Source: Candidatus Poribacteria bacterium
GTDB lineage: Bacteria; Poribacteria; WGA-4E; PCPOR2b
Assembly: GCA_965218095.1 (NCBI GenBank)
Contig: OZ244587.1
Coordinates: 4,448,001 to 4,512,000 of the forward strand
Direction of reading: 5' to 3'
DNA length: 64,000 nt
The notes below the pieces were generated by a model. That model saw only the letters and a list, made by a program, of their open reading frames with translations, ran no database searches and was not told the DNA's origin. Of this stretch, positions 40,190 to 49,796 are shown piece after piece (the stretch's first letter is position 1; each line of letters opens with the position of its first letter). Both the position numbers and the translations under genes were made by a program.

Positions 40190-41294
40190 GAGGGGTGCTC
40201 ATAAGTAGACTTGAGTCAGGATAACGGTTATAATCTAATCTAACGTGCAAGAAAGAGAGGATTATAACATGGGTTATCCTGACAGTACGTATTATATCAC
40301 ATTTTTGTTTGAACAACTTGACCATTTCAACGCTTCCAGCCATGCACCGCCACCTGAGAGCCATGGACGTCCGAAATCGTATACAGACGACTGCTTGATT
40401 GTCCTTTTTGCCATCTTAACGCTCAAAGGCCTCCATCGCTTTAAGGCACAACACAGATGGCTCAAGCTACACCCGCAGTGGCTGTGTCGTCTTAAACTGG
40501 CATGTGTTCCGTCTCGGGCAACCCTTTGCCGACGCTACAAACAACTCGCTTACCAGCTAGAGGCGTTCATCGGGTATCTCGGTGATGTGGGAATGACTTT
40601 GATACCTGACTCACCTCCAGAGGTGGTTTACCAAGACAAAAGTCTGTTTAAGGCAAAAGGAAGCGTCTGGCATCAGAAGGATAGAAATGCCAATCGCATC
40701 CCAACTGGCATCCGTGCCATTGACACAGACGCCAGTTGGTCAAAGAGTCACTATCACGGTTGGGTTTACGGCTATGGGCTTCATCTGACCGTCTCTATAG
40801 AGGGATTGCCTCGTATGAGTGCCATTGACACCGCGTGTGTGAGTGAAAAAGCCGTCCTTGACCGACAACTCGACACACTGCTTGAACAGAACATCGGGTA
40901 TTTAGTCGCTGATGCCGGCTATACCGACTTGAAACGTACCCAACACTTGGCGAACCAGGGACTGTTGCTAATCACTCCCGTCAGAGGCGCAAAGAGTCAG
41001 CGGGCACGGCGTTATGTTGAAGCGGTGAATCAATCGGCGCAGTTGCAGACCTATCAACACAAGCGCAAGGTTGCTATTGAACCTATCTTTGGATTGTTGA
41101 GCCAATTACTATCGACCCATACCAATCATAAGCAATTGCCGGTGAGTCGAAAAGCGAATGTCTCTACCTTTTTGATGCTGGGGGTGGTTTTACTGCAACT
41201 GGCTATGTTAGTCAATTCTATTTGGGGAAGACCCCTGAGAAATGTAACACATCTGATTACACTCTTTCGATAAGGGGACTTATGAGCCCCCCTC
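40190..41294 (+). mobile_element. IS with DDE transposase, divergent relative of copies A and B
   Basis: TIR GAGGGGTGCTCATAAG/CTTATGAGCCCCCCTC; flanks aattaaat and acttaact do not match. Confidence 0.9.
40245..41273 (+). CDS. DDE transposase
   Basis: QDKS, WSKSHYHGWVYGYGLH, ADAGY, IEPIF. Confidence 0.9.
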   Translation: MQEREDYNMGYPDSTYYITFLFEQLDHFNASSHAPPPESHGRPKSYTDDCLIVLFAILTLKGLHRFKAQHRWLKLHPQWLCRLKLACVPSRATLCRRYKQLAYQLEAFIGYLGDVGMTLIPDSPPEVVYQDKSLFKAKGSVWHQKDRNANRIPTGIRAIDTDASWSKSHYHGWVYGYGLHLTVSIEGLPRMSAIDTACVSEKAVLDRQLDTLLEQNIGYLVADAGYTDLKRTQHLANQGLLLITPVRGAKSQRARRYVEAVNQSAQLQTYQHKRKVAIEPIFGLLSQLLSTHTNHKQLPVSRKANVSTFLMLGVVLLQLAMLVNSIWGRPLRNVTHLITLFR

Positions 41295-41302
41295 ACTTAA
41301 CT

Positions 41303-41546
41303 GAGGGGGGCTCATAAATAGATCCTGAATGGGTAGGGGTTAGGTTTCCCAACCCGTCGGGCGAGGGAACCTCGCCCCTACGATTGATCAAGGCGATTGG
41401 GAAAAGGGAAAAATCACCGCTTCCTATACCCGGTGCCACAACGCCTTGGGTGCAGGATAATCAATTGTCATCTGAACATGTGCTATATCTTGTTAATCCG
41501 AAAATCCTCTCAATCCTGATTCAGACAATAATTATGTTCCACCCTC
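41303..41546. mobile_element. 244-bp MITE with GAGGGG-family ends carrying a GTAG-type REP
   Basis: GAGGGGGGCTCATAA...TTATGTTCCACCCTC; 8-bp TSD acttaact at 41295-41302 and 41547-41554. Confidence 0.8.
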
Positions 41547-41716
41547 ACTTAACTGCGGTGTTACCCCGGTTTCTGCTGTTTGGCTTTCCATATTAGAAAT
41601 TCGAGGTAATCTTTCAGTTGTTCTGCCTCTCGGTCTTGTTTAAAATCGGGAAAATGAGTTAAAACATTGTGGACATCGCGATTCCAAATCTTTCAAGCCA
41701 GATGTACATTAGACTG

Positions 41717-41818
41717 ATACCGTGTACTGCCATCGGATTCTCCTTTCAATCTGACTGTCATTGTATCACAATCTTGGTTTAGACAATGGGCTAAATTTCC
41801 GATGGCAGTACACGGTAT
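41717..41818. mobile_element. Fold-back mini-element derived from the IS3 left end
   Basis: 21-bp perfect IR at 41717-41737 and 41798-41818; interior matches 53187-53267. Confidence 0.85.
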
Positions 41819-41824
41819 TATATA

Positions 41825-42864
41825 TAGGAGTTACGCACTTGGACAGAAAATAGATTATAATAAAGGCTATGAATCGACCCCAATGCAATGAATATGACTA
41901 TATCAACTTTCTAATTGCGACTCCCAGATACTACAGTTGTACCGAGGCTGCCAGAGTCCAACCTCAACAGAACACCCCGGCAGCGCATGACTCGCTGAAT
42001 CGATTCCTCTATCGGCTTACACCCAATCCACAACAATTGTGGCAAGAGTCACAGGCTTATGTCACCCAAGACCGGGGGGTTTTGGTCATAGACGACTCAA
42101 CCCTTGACAAACCCTATGCACAAAAAATAGAGCGGGTGACCTACCATTGGTCAGGCAAACACAAAAAAGTGGTCTCAGGGATTAACCTCATTACTCTGAT
42201 GTGGACTGATGGCGACAGTTACATTCCCTGCGATTACCGCCTCTATAATAAACGCAATGATAGCTTGACCAAAAATAATCACTTTCAAGCTCTAATCTCC
42301 AATGCTCATGCGAGAGGCTTTTCTCCGGAGTGTGTGGTCTTTGACAGTTGGTACAGCAGTTTGAAGAATCTTTTGACGATTCGGAACTATCGATGGCATT
42401 GGCTCACCCAATTGAAGTCCAATCGACGGGTCAAACTAGATAACCGGGGCAATCAGCGGGTCTGCGAACTGGCTATTAGTGAGAGAGGAAGCATCGTTCA
42501 TCTAAAGGGATATGGATTGATTAAGGTTTTCAAGATAGTTTCCCCACACGGTGACATTGAATACTGGGCAACGAGCGACGCACTGTTTCGACTCAAGTAT
42601 GACGAATGACGAACTGTTTTGGGCGATTGAACAATACCATCAAGGCATCAAGAATTTGTCGGTGTTGAGAGGTGCATGGTTCGCAAGGAAGTTGCGCAAC
42701 GCCATCATATTGGGCTGGCATTGCGAGCGTTTCTACGCCTAGAGCGGCACTGTTTTTCGACCGGCATCAGTTGGTTTGAAGCGAAAGTCTCGTTTATCAG
42801 AGAAGCGGTTCGTGCCTATCTGGCTCAACCGCTTTACACTTTAACACCAACTGCGTAACTCCTA
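41825..42864 (+). mobile_element. IS701 family element, transposase pseudogene
   Basis: TIR TAGGAGTTACGCA/TGCGTAACTCCTA with atata flanks; IDDSTLDKPY, FDSWY, WAIEQYH motifs; frame broken near 42600. Confidence 0.9.
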
Positions 42865-42873
42865 ATATAAATA

Positions 42874-42902
42874 TTGACTCGTCCGTGAACCAATAATATA
42901 CT
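42874..42902 (+). promoter_or_regulatory. Sigma70-like promoter upstream of the REP-rich region
   Basis: TTGACT-N17-TATACT. Confidence 0.5.
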
Positions 42903-42938
42903 GTCAAATGAGGGGTTAAAGTAGAGTGGGGTTGCCAG

Positions 42939-43120
42939 TTGAGCGCAACGAAATCCCGATATATCGGGGCCCGTTATATCGCAACCGCCGAAGCACATGA
43001 ACCAGCTAGCAGCAGGCTCTCACCGCTTGGCTTGGATTGCCAAATTCAAGTTGCTTTGAATCCCGATATATTGGGGCCTGAACCGATAGATTTGCTGTGG
43101 ATTTGCCAATCCACAGCGAG
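42939..43120. repeat. Cluster of REP-like palindromes from two families
   Basis: tcccgatatatcgggg, tcccgatatattgggg, tggattgccaaattca, ctgtggatttgccaatccacag. Confidence 0.75.
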
Positions 43121-43167
43121 CAGGGTTATCAGAATTTATTTCACGCTGTAGGGTCTGAAAGTAATAC

Positions 43168-43196
43168 TTGACACTTGCTATATAATGTTCTATACT
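43168..43196 (+). promoter_or_regulatory. Sigma70 promoter for tenA
   Basis: TTGACA-N17-TATACT. Confidence 0.65.
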
Positions 43197-43217
43197 GTGT
43201 CAAGAGGAGGCCGTAAC

Positions 43218-43910
43218 ATGGCACAGCAAACAACCAGAGAAGCGGCGTTCACCGAGACGCTTTGGGCTCAGATTCAACCGCTTTTCAACAAGATCTTGTC
43301 CCACCCTTTCATCAAGGGCCTGACCAATGGTAGCCTTCAAGCGGAACAGTTTCAGTTTTATATCGTCCAGGATGCGCTGTACCTTCGGGAATTTTCCTGC
43401 TCCCTCTCTATTGCAGCGGCAAAGGCACCAGAGGAAGAGGCAATGATCATGTTTAATGAACACGCGGCAGGCGCACTGCGAGTCGAACAGTCATTGCACG
43501 CGGGCTTTATTAAGGATTTCGGGCTCTCTGAAACGGCAACCCGAAAAAACCCAATGGCGCCGACCAATTTAGCCTACACCTGCTATCTGCTTGCTGTTGC
43601 TTATGCGCGACCGTTTCATGAGCTTTTGGCGACGGTGTTGCCCTGCTATTGGATTTATTGGGAGGTTGGGAAGGCTTTGCTGGAAGACGGCTCCCCAAAG
43701 CCGCTTTATCAACGTTGGATCAATACTTACGGCGGGGAGGAATTTGGAAATGTTGTGCAAGCCGTGCTCGCGCTGACTAACCAGATTGCCCTTGACCTGA
43801 ACACATCAGAGTGCAAAGCAATGACCCGCCATTTCACCACCACAAGCCGATACGAGTGGATGTTCTGGGAAATGGGTTATCAGCAGGAGCAATGGCCGGT
43901 GACGTGGTGA
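43218..43910 (+). CDS. tenA: Thiaminase II / TenA
   Basis: HPF, QDALYL, LPCYWIY, YQRWINTY, EWMFW. Confidence 0.93.
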   Translation: MAQQTTREAAFTETLWAQIQPLFNKILSHPFIKGLTNGSLQAEQFQFYIVQDALYLREFSCSLSIAAAKAPEEEAMIMFNEHAAGALRVEQSLHAGFIKDFGLSETATRKNPMAPTNLAYTCYLLAVAYARPFHELLATVLPCYWIYWEVGKALLEDGSPKPLYQRWINTYGGEEFGNVVQAVLALTNQIALDLNTSECKAMTRHFTTTSRYEWMFWEMGYQQEQWPVTW

Positions 43911-43972
43911 TGAGAAATTTCTGCATTTATTAATTATCTGCCAAGCGATGGGCGAAAAGAGACAAGGAGTTC

Positions 43973-46306
43973 ATGGGTTCATTTGTGGATTACGCATCAC
44001 GCATTACGTTTTACGTTTCAGTCGCCTTGCTGATCGTTTCCATATGTCTGCCACAACCTATATACCCCCAACATACCGATCCTCTGGGGAATCCGGTATT
44101 CGATAAAAGCGGAAAAGAACTTTATAAAATCCAGGCGACCTTTGGTGTGTTAGGAGGAGCGTCACTCTTGCGCCGTGATGCAGAGTTTCGGAAAAAGACA
44201 AGTAATCGGAATTTTTTCACCTTCAATATTCCGAGCGAAAATGTCCGCCATCAATTGACTGTCGGTAACTTCCCGACCAAATTTTCCAGTTTCACGCTCA
44301 ACAAGGAGCTTTTCGATGCTGCACGTTGGAATATCACCGTCCCCAAAGCGGGTGGCAGGGTCTCAGCGTTCATGGCGCGAGTCACGAACAACACCTTTTC
44401 CGTGTCTGGAGAACGGGTTGCACCCATTGAGGATCTGGATATTGTGAGTCGCTCCGATTGGTTCATGGCGGGTTTGCGGGCCGAAGCAAATCTCGGCGCG
44501 TATGGTGTTCAATTGGGTTCGCTGCCGGAATTCATCCTGCCACTACCCAGGTTGGGGATTAACTTTGTGAATCGATTTTTTACAAACTATGATCTCACTC
44601 GCACGACCAATCCGCTCCGCGGAATCACGATTGCCAATCCGCCCCGGGAGTTATTCCTCCGTTTCCGTGATGCCTCACCGGAAAACCCCGGCGGCGCAAA
44701 AGTCTTTCGCACCCGTGTTTTTATTGACGATTTCCTGGAGCAGGATGTAATCGGCGGCAAAGAACCGCCCGGTGTCCTACTCCTGTCGCACAGTAGTGCG
44801 CGTGACGAACGTTCACGTTCGGTGGATGGCGAAGGGACGTTTACCTACCGATTTATCCTGTTCAATCCACAAGACATTAACAGCGTGCGATTTGAAATTG
44901 ATATCGCCAACGACTACCAGGTTGAACTGTCAACGAACAATCAGAATTTTCAGGTAGAACTGAGTGCGCCGGGCAATGTCACGGATGAATCCAACCGAAA
45001 AGTGCATCAGTTTGAATACGGTGAATTGACGGATGAAATCACGATGGGATTTGATCTCCAGACAACGCTGCTCGGATTTTCGATTGAGGCGGAACGTGCA
45101 TGGTATGTGCAAACGAAACAATATCCGCTCTTCAGCGGTAAGCGAACACAACGGACAACCGGCGCATGGTTCATCGATGTGAATCGAAACTTTGGTCCAA
45201 TCACATGGCGGAGCGAATTTACGCGGATTGATCCCTTTTACACCGCACGAAATTTTATAGATGATAACGACGATGATGACCCCTACGCGGATTCGCGTGA
45301 ACCGGAAATCCTGATTGCGGGAAATACCAAGGATGATTTGGATGGCGATCGGGTCAAGGATTGGGATGACGATTTTCTGCTGTTCTTTGCAGACCCGCCA
45401 AAGTTTCGCTTGGGACTTAATCGTGAATCGATCGATTTCAACAACAATGGCGAGCCGGATAACCTCGAAGATGATGATAAACCGAACTACCGTTTCGATT
45501 ACGACGAAGGTTCTTTTGGACACCACACCTACCTTAAGGTCGAATTGCCGTTTGCCCAGGGGCTTTCGATACTCCCTGGATACTATGAGAAGCACCTTAT
45601 TCTCGAACACAAGAGTGCGAGAGGATGGTATAATATCCTATCTTATGCACCGGAGTCGATTCCTCACTTTGGGACGGTCCTATTTCGGCACACCTTTCGC
45701 CGATCTCGCGACATTATCCCCGACGATGTTGTGATTCGCAGTACAGGGGATCTGGTCGAAGACAATTTGGCGCTTCAAAATTATCTCGGCAACATTTTCA
45801 CGATGATTGTCGATTACCAGAACGTTAAAAATCTCACAATTCGCAGCAAATTCAAATATCAACGCGATTCGTTGTTTCACAGCCGGCAGCGGGTTATCGA
45901 TACCGCCCTGATTAACCAGATCCGCTACGATTATAAAGTTCGTGAGGATCTCAGCATCGCTCCGGCTTTTCGCAGCGATCGAATAATCGGCTATACCGTG
46001 CCTTTTGACAAGCGGACGGCCGTTGATACTGTCCGAAACGCTTATATCTTGACCTTAACCCATCAAGTTGCGGCTCAGTTACAATTAAGTGCCGGCGCAC
46101 AATTTCTGACTTGGCGCGACCTCAACGATTCGCAACGGAATTTTAACCGAACCGTTAGCTTCCTGGAGCTCGTGCTACAGGGCGATGCCTTTGGGCAGAA
46201 AATGGGGCTGCTGATGACTGCTGATTACGTTATCCAGAATTTCCTTGAACCGATTGGGGGCGGAGAAAAACAGACGAACATTGGGATTTCGCTGTTCTTA
46301 CTGTAG
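43973..46306 (+). CDS. Large exported protein, probably outer-membrane, with acidic Ca-binding-like repeats
   Basis: Signal-like N-terminus, DDNDDDD, DLDGD and DFNNNG motifs, alternating beta-strand C-terminus. Confidence 0.7.
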   Translation: MGSFVDYASRITFYVSVALLIVSICLPQPIYPQHTDPLGNPVFDKSGKELYKIQATFGVLGGASLLRRDAEFRKKTSNRNFFTFNIPSENVRHQLTVGNFPTKFSSFTLNKELFDAARWNITVPKAGGRVSAFMARVTNNTFSVSGERVAPIEDLDIVSRSDWFMAGLRAEANLGAYGVQLGSLPEFILPLPRLGINFVNRFFTNYDLTRTTNPLRGITIANPPRELFLRFRDASPENPGGAKVFRTRVFIDDFLEQDVIGGKEPPGVLLLSHSSARDERSRSVDGEGTFTYRFILFNPQDINSVRFEIDIANDYQVELSTNNQNFQVELSAPGNVTDESNRKVHQFEYGELTDEITMGFDLQTTLLGFSIEAERAWYVQTKQYPLFSGKRTQRTTGAWFIDVNRNFGPITWRSEFTRIDPFYTARNFIDDNDDDDPYADSREPEILIAGNTKDDLDGDRVKDWDDDFLLFFADPPKFRLGLNRESIDFNNNGEPDNLEDDDKPNYRFDYDEGSFGHHTYLKVELPFAQGLSILPGYYEKHLILEHKSARGWYNILSYAPESIPHFGTVLFRHTFRRSRDIIPDDVVIRSTGDLVEDNLALQNYLGNIFTMIVDYQNVKNLTIRSKFKYQRDSLFHSRQRVIDTALINQIRYDYKVREDLSIAPAFRSDRIIGYTVPFDKRTAVDTVRNAYILTLTHQVAAQLQLSAGAQFLTWRDLNDSQRNFNRTVSFLELVLQGDAFGQKMGLLMTADYVIQNFLEPIGGGEKQTNIGISLFLL

Positions 46307-46368
46307 CGCACTTACCACGGTCAGGGATTACAAAATCGTAGATTCAAATAGACAAATAGAAAGGAGTC

Positions 46369-47340
46369 ATGACCATGCAACGACAACCGTGGGATGAGAT
46401 GGAGCCGTATGTTCGGCTCATCACCCCCAAACGTATTGTTTTGACTATTGTTATTTTGCTTGCCATAGTTGCCTCAGCAACCAGCTTTTACACTGTTGAA
46501 GCCGATGAGATTGCCGTTGTTCTTATGTTTGGCAAGTTTGTTCGACAGGCTGAACCAGGGCTACACTTCAAGGCACCGCTCGGCATTGAAAAAGCAATAA
46601 GCGTCCCAGTTCGGAAAGTCTTTAAGGAAGAATTCGGGTTTCGTACCCTGCGCGCAGGTGTCCGTACGCAATATGACCCCCGAGATTACGCAGATGAATC
46701 CCTGCTATTAACCGGGGATCTCAATATTGGTGATGTCGAGTGGGTGATTCAGTATAAAATCAAAGAACCCCAAAATTTCCTGTTTGCCATACACGACCCG
46801 CAACGCGCTTTGCGCGACCTGACTGAAGCCGTTATGAGCACGATTATTGGCGACCGCACGGTCACAGAAGTGCTGACTGTTGGACGCATTGAGATCGCTG
46901 CGGAAGTCCAACAGGATCTGCAACGGTTGCTTGACCTGTACCAAACAGGTTTAGATGTGACAACCGTTACCTTGCAGGATGTGAATCCTCCGGACAAAGT
47001 AAAGCCTGCTTTTAACGCCGTCAATGAGGCAAAGCAGGAAAAAGAGCGGTTAATCAACGAGGCCTGGCGAGATTATAACCAATCCGTCCCCAAAGCTAAA
47101 GGTACGGCATTGCAGCAAATCTCTGAGGCACAGGGTTACGCACTGAAGCGTGTCAACGAAGCTCAAGGAGATGCCGATCGATTCAACGCAATTTGGCAGG
47201 AGTACCAAAATGCCAAAGAGGTCACCCGCCGACGGCTTTATCTGGAGACGATGAGAGAGGTTTTGCCTCAAGTCAAGGAGATTTACGTCATTGACGGTCA
47301 ATCCAATATGCCGATTCCAATCTTGCAACTCGGACAATAA
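46369..47340 (+). CDS. hflK: FtsH modulator HflK
   Basis: N-terminal TM, SPFH domain, LLTGD, AFNAV, VTRRRLYLETM. Confidence 0.93.
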   Translation: MTMQRQPWDEMEPYVRLITPKRIVLTIVILLAIVASATSFYTVEADEIAVVLMFGKFVRQAEPGLHFKAPLGIEKAISVPVRKVFKEEFGFRTLRAGVRTQYDPRDYADESLLLTGDLNIGDVEWVIQYKIKEPQNFLFAIHDPQRALRDLTEAVMSTIIGDRTVTEVLTVGRIEIAAEVQQDLQRLLDLYQTGLDVTTVTLQDVNPPDKVKPAFNAVNEAKQEKERLINEAWRDYNQSVPKAKGTALQQISEAQGYALKRVNEAQGDADRFNAIWQEYQNAKEVTRRRLYLETMREVLPQVKEIYVIDGQSNMPIPILQLGQ

Positions 47341-47381
47341 AGCGAATCTGCAAATGAGCAAATCATGAAAGGATATCCACA

Positions 47382-48341
47382 ATGAGTGCCAAAATATTGT
47401 TAGCGTTGATTATCTTAATCATCGTTATAATCTTAGCCGCGAATATATTCTACGTTGTTCCTGAAGGTGAACAGGTAGTGATTACCGAATTCGGACGTCC
47501 CATTGGGCGACCAATCGTTAACGCAGGGTTAAAGATGAAGACGCCGTTTATCCAGCAGGTACATCGCTTCGAGAAACGCATCCTCGAATGGGACGGTTCT
47601 CCCAACCAGATTCCGACGAAGGATAAGAAATTCATCTGGTTAGATACAACCGCACGTTGGCGTATTAAAGATGCGCTTAAATTCTACCAGGCACTTGGCA
47701 CAGAAGAATTTGCACAATCCCGCTTGGATGACGTAATCGATTCGGCCGCCCGTGATTTGGTGACGGCACAACTGTTGATTGAAGTCGTGCGGAATTCAAA
47801 CCGTGTTTTGGATTTGAATATCGAGGCCCTAGAAGAAGAGGAAGGGCAGGTTGGTGAGCCCCTGGAGGAAATTCAGATTGGGAGAGAGACAATTACGCAA
47901 ATGATCCTCGAAAAGGCGCAGGAAACCGTGCCGCAATTTGGAATCGAGCTAGTTGATGTCCGGATTAAGCGGATTAACTATGTAAACGAAGTGCGCCAGA
48001 AGGTTTTCGCCCGTATGATTTCCGAACGCCAGCGAATCTCTGAGAAGTACAAATCTGAAGGCGAAGGCGAGGCCGCGGATATTATGGGGCAGAAACAGAA
48101 GGAGTTAGAGCGCATTCAATCTGAAGCCTACAAGCAGGCAGAGCAGATTAAAGGTGATGCCGATGCCCAAGCCATCCAGATTTACGCCGAAGCACACGGA
48201 AAAGATCCGGAGTTTTTCGCCTTTCTCCACACCTTGGAGACCTATCGTCAGACGACCAACCCAAATACCAAGTTCATCTTAACGACGGATAGCGATCTCT
48301 ACAGGTATCTCAAAGACAGTGGACTGGTCAAAAAACGGTAG
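47382..48341 (+). CDS. hflC: FtsH modulator HflC
   Basis: DVRIKRI, RMISER, DPEFF. Confidence 0.93.
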   Translation: MSAKILLALIILIIVIILAANIFYVVPEGEQVVITEFGRPIGRPIVNAGLKMKTPFIQQVHRFEKRILEWDGSPNQIPTKDKKFIWLDTTARWRIKDALKFYQALGTEEFAQSRLDDVIDSAARDLVTAQLLIEVVRNSNRVLDLNIEALEEEEGQVGEPLEEIQIGRETITQMILEKAQETVPQFGIELVDVRIKRINYVNEVRQKVFARMISERQRISEKYKSEGEGEAADIMGQKQKELERIQSEAYKQAEQIKGDADAQAIQIYAEAHGKDPEFFAFLHTLETYRQTTNPNTKFILTTDSDLYRYLKDSGLVKKR

Positions 48342-48430
48342 CATAAAACGTAATCTCTTGCCCTGGATGCGCTGATTGCTGGTCGTCATACTTATCCTCG
48401 ATGAACCGCTTTTGAACTTGGAGACTGCAT

Positions 48431-48733
48431 GTGGACATTGCATATTCGGTCAATGGTGTACCGATTCGTCTTACTGACGAAAGGTGGCAACACATTGTTC
48501 ATAATAAGCCCTACATGCAATCCTATTACTAGAAGGTACTCGATACAGTCGAGAATCCCACTTGGGTTTTGCGTGGTCATGGAGGGGCACTCGCAGCGAT
48601 TCAATCCCTTAAAAGACCAAACTATCTATATGTTGTTTATCGAGAGATTGGTCGTGAAGATGGCTTTGTTATTACGGCGTTTTTATCCCGAAAAGTGAAT
48701 CGGAGTGCAATAATATGGCAAAAGAACAATTAG
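48431..48733 (+). pseudogene. RelE/BrnT-like (DUF4258-type) toxin with an in-frame amber stop
   Basis: VDIAYSVNGVPIRLTDERWQHI...YY*KVLDTVENP...VVYRE...DGFVITAF; TAG at 48530-48532; not in the ORF track. Confidence 0.75.
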
Positions 48734-48777
48734 AAGAAAGAAGTTTCATTCATCTGCTGAAAGCAGCCTCGCACCTA

Positions 48778-49613
48778 GGTTCTGTTGACATTTGAGTATA
48801 AGGTTGTGGCATAATAGAAGAATGACGCCAATAACCTTACCTGATGAACAATGGGATAAGATATACCGGTTTCTTCTTAGCTGTCCCACCATCTATGTTG
48901 GCGACGAAGCTGCTACACGCCGCTTCGTCGAAGCCGTCCTGTGGGTGACTCGTAGCGGGGCTCAATGGAGACTTCTACCAGACACCTATGGCAAATGGAA
49001 CACCCGCTACAAGCGTTTTGCTCGATGGTGCGACAAAGGTATCTTCACACAGATGCACCCCCACTTCGCCTCTGACCCCGATATCGAGTCGCTTATTGTG
49101 GACAGTACCATCTGCCGCGCTCACCCGTCTGCGGCGGGCGCCTTAAAAAGCTGGCGCCTTAAAAAAAAGGGTGGCACTGAAAACCAAGCATTAGGTCGGT
49201 CTCGGGGCGGTTTCAGCACAAAAATTCACATCACAGTTGACGGACTAGGCAATCCCCTAAGAATACATCTGACCCCCGGTCAGAGACATGACATAACTGA
49301 GGCGGAAGGGTTGATAATCGGATATAACAGTGAATATGTGATTGGAGACAAGGGGTACGATTCGGACGCTTTTATCGCGGTTATTGAGGCGAATGGAGCG
49401 ATTGCGGTGATACCGCCAAAAAGTCATCGTGTTGACCAAAGAACGTATGACAAACACTTATACAAAGAGAGACATCGGGTTGAATGTTTCATCAACAAGA
49501 TAAAATGGTATCGTCGTATCTTCTCTCGGTTTGAGAAGCTAGCTGTCCGTTATTTTGGATTTCTCAGCTTTGTCTCCACTCTTATATGGCTCCCTTGAAA
49601 TGTCAACAGAACC
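48778..49613 (+). mobile_element. IS5 family copy 3 (intact, 836 bp)
   Basis: TIRs plus TA TSD at a CTAG site. Confidence 0.96.
48792..49598 (+). CDS. IS5 transposase, single fused ORF
   Basis: 268 aa uninterrupted. Confidence 0.92.
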   Translation: MSIRLWHNRRMTPITLPDEQWDKIYRFLLSCPTIYVGDEAATRRFVEAVLWVTRSGAQWRLLPDTYGKWNTRYKRFARWCDKGIFTQMHPHFASDPDIESLIVDSTICRAHPSAAGALKSWRLKKKGGTENQALGRSRGGFSTKIHITVDGLGNPLRIHLTPGQRHDITEAEGLIIGYNSEYVIGDKGYDSDAFIAVIEANGAIAVIPPKSHRVDQRTYDKHLYKERHRVECFINKIKWYRRIFSRFEKLAVRYFGFLSFVSTLIWLP

Positions 49614-49796
49614 TAGCACAATTCATCAAGCATCAGATGTGGTTGGACTATGACGAAGAGGTTGATGTCCTTTATCTTCATTTTGAGAATTCAGCGGTAT
49701 CCACCCACAGCGAGATGCGTGAGGATGGCATCGTCCTTGATTACAAAGGCAATCAGTTAGTCGGGCTAACAATTCTTGAAGCCTCTAAGAGGATAA

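Noticed and set aside
42903-43217. TPP riboswitch expected upstream of tenA
   Set aside because: No CTGAGA or matching P4/P5 core found; the region is made of REP-like palindromes.
48429-48698. 89-aa ORF in the track
   Set aside because: Wrong frame; the frame starting at 48431 carries the toxin-like motifs.
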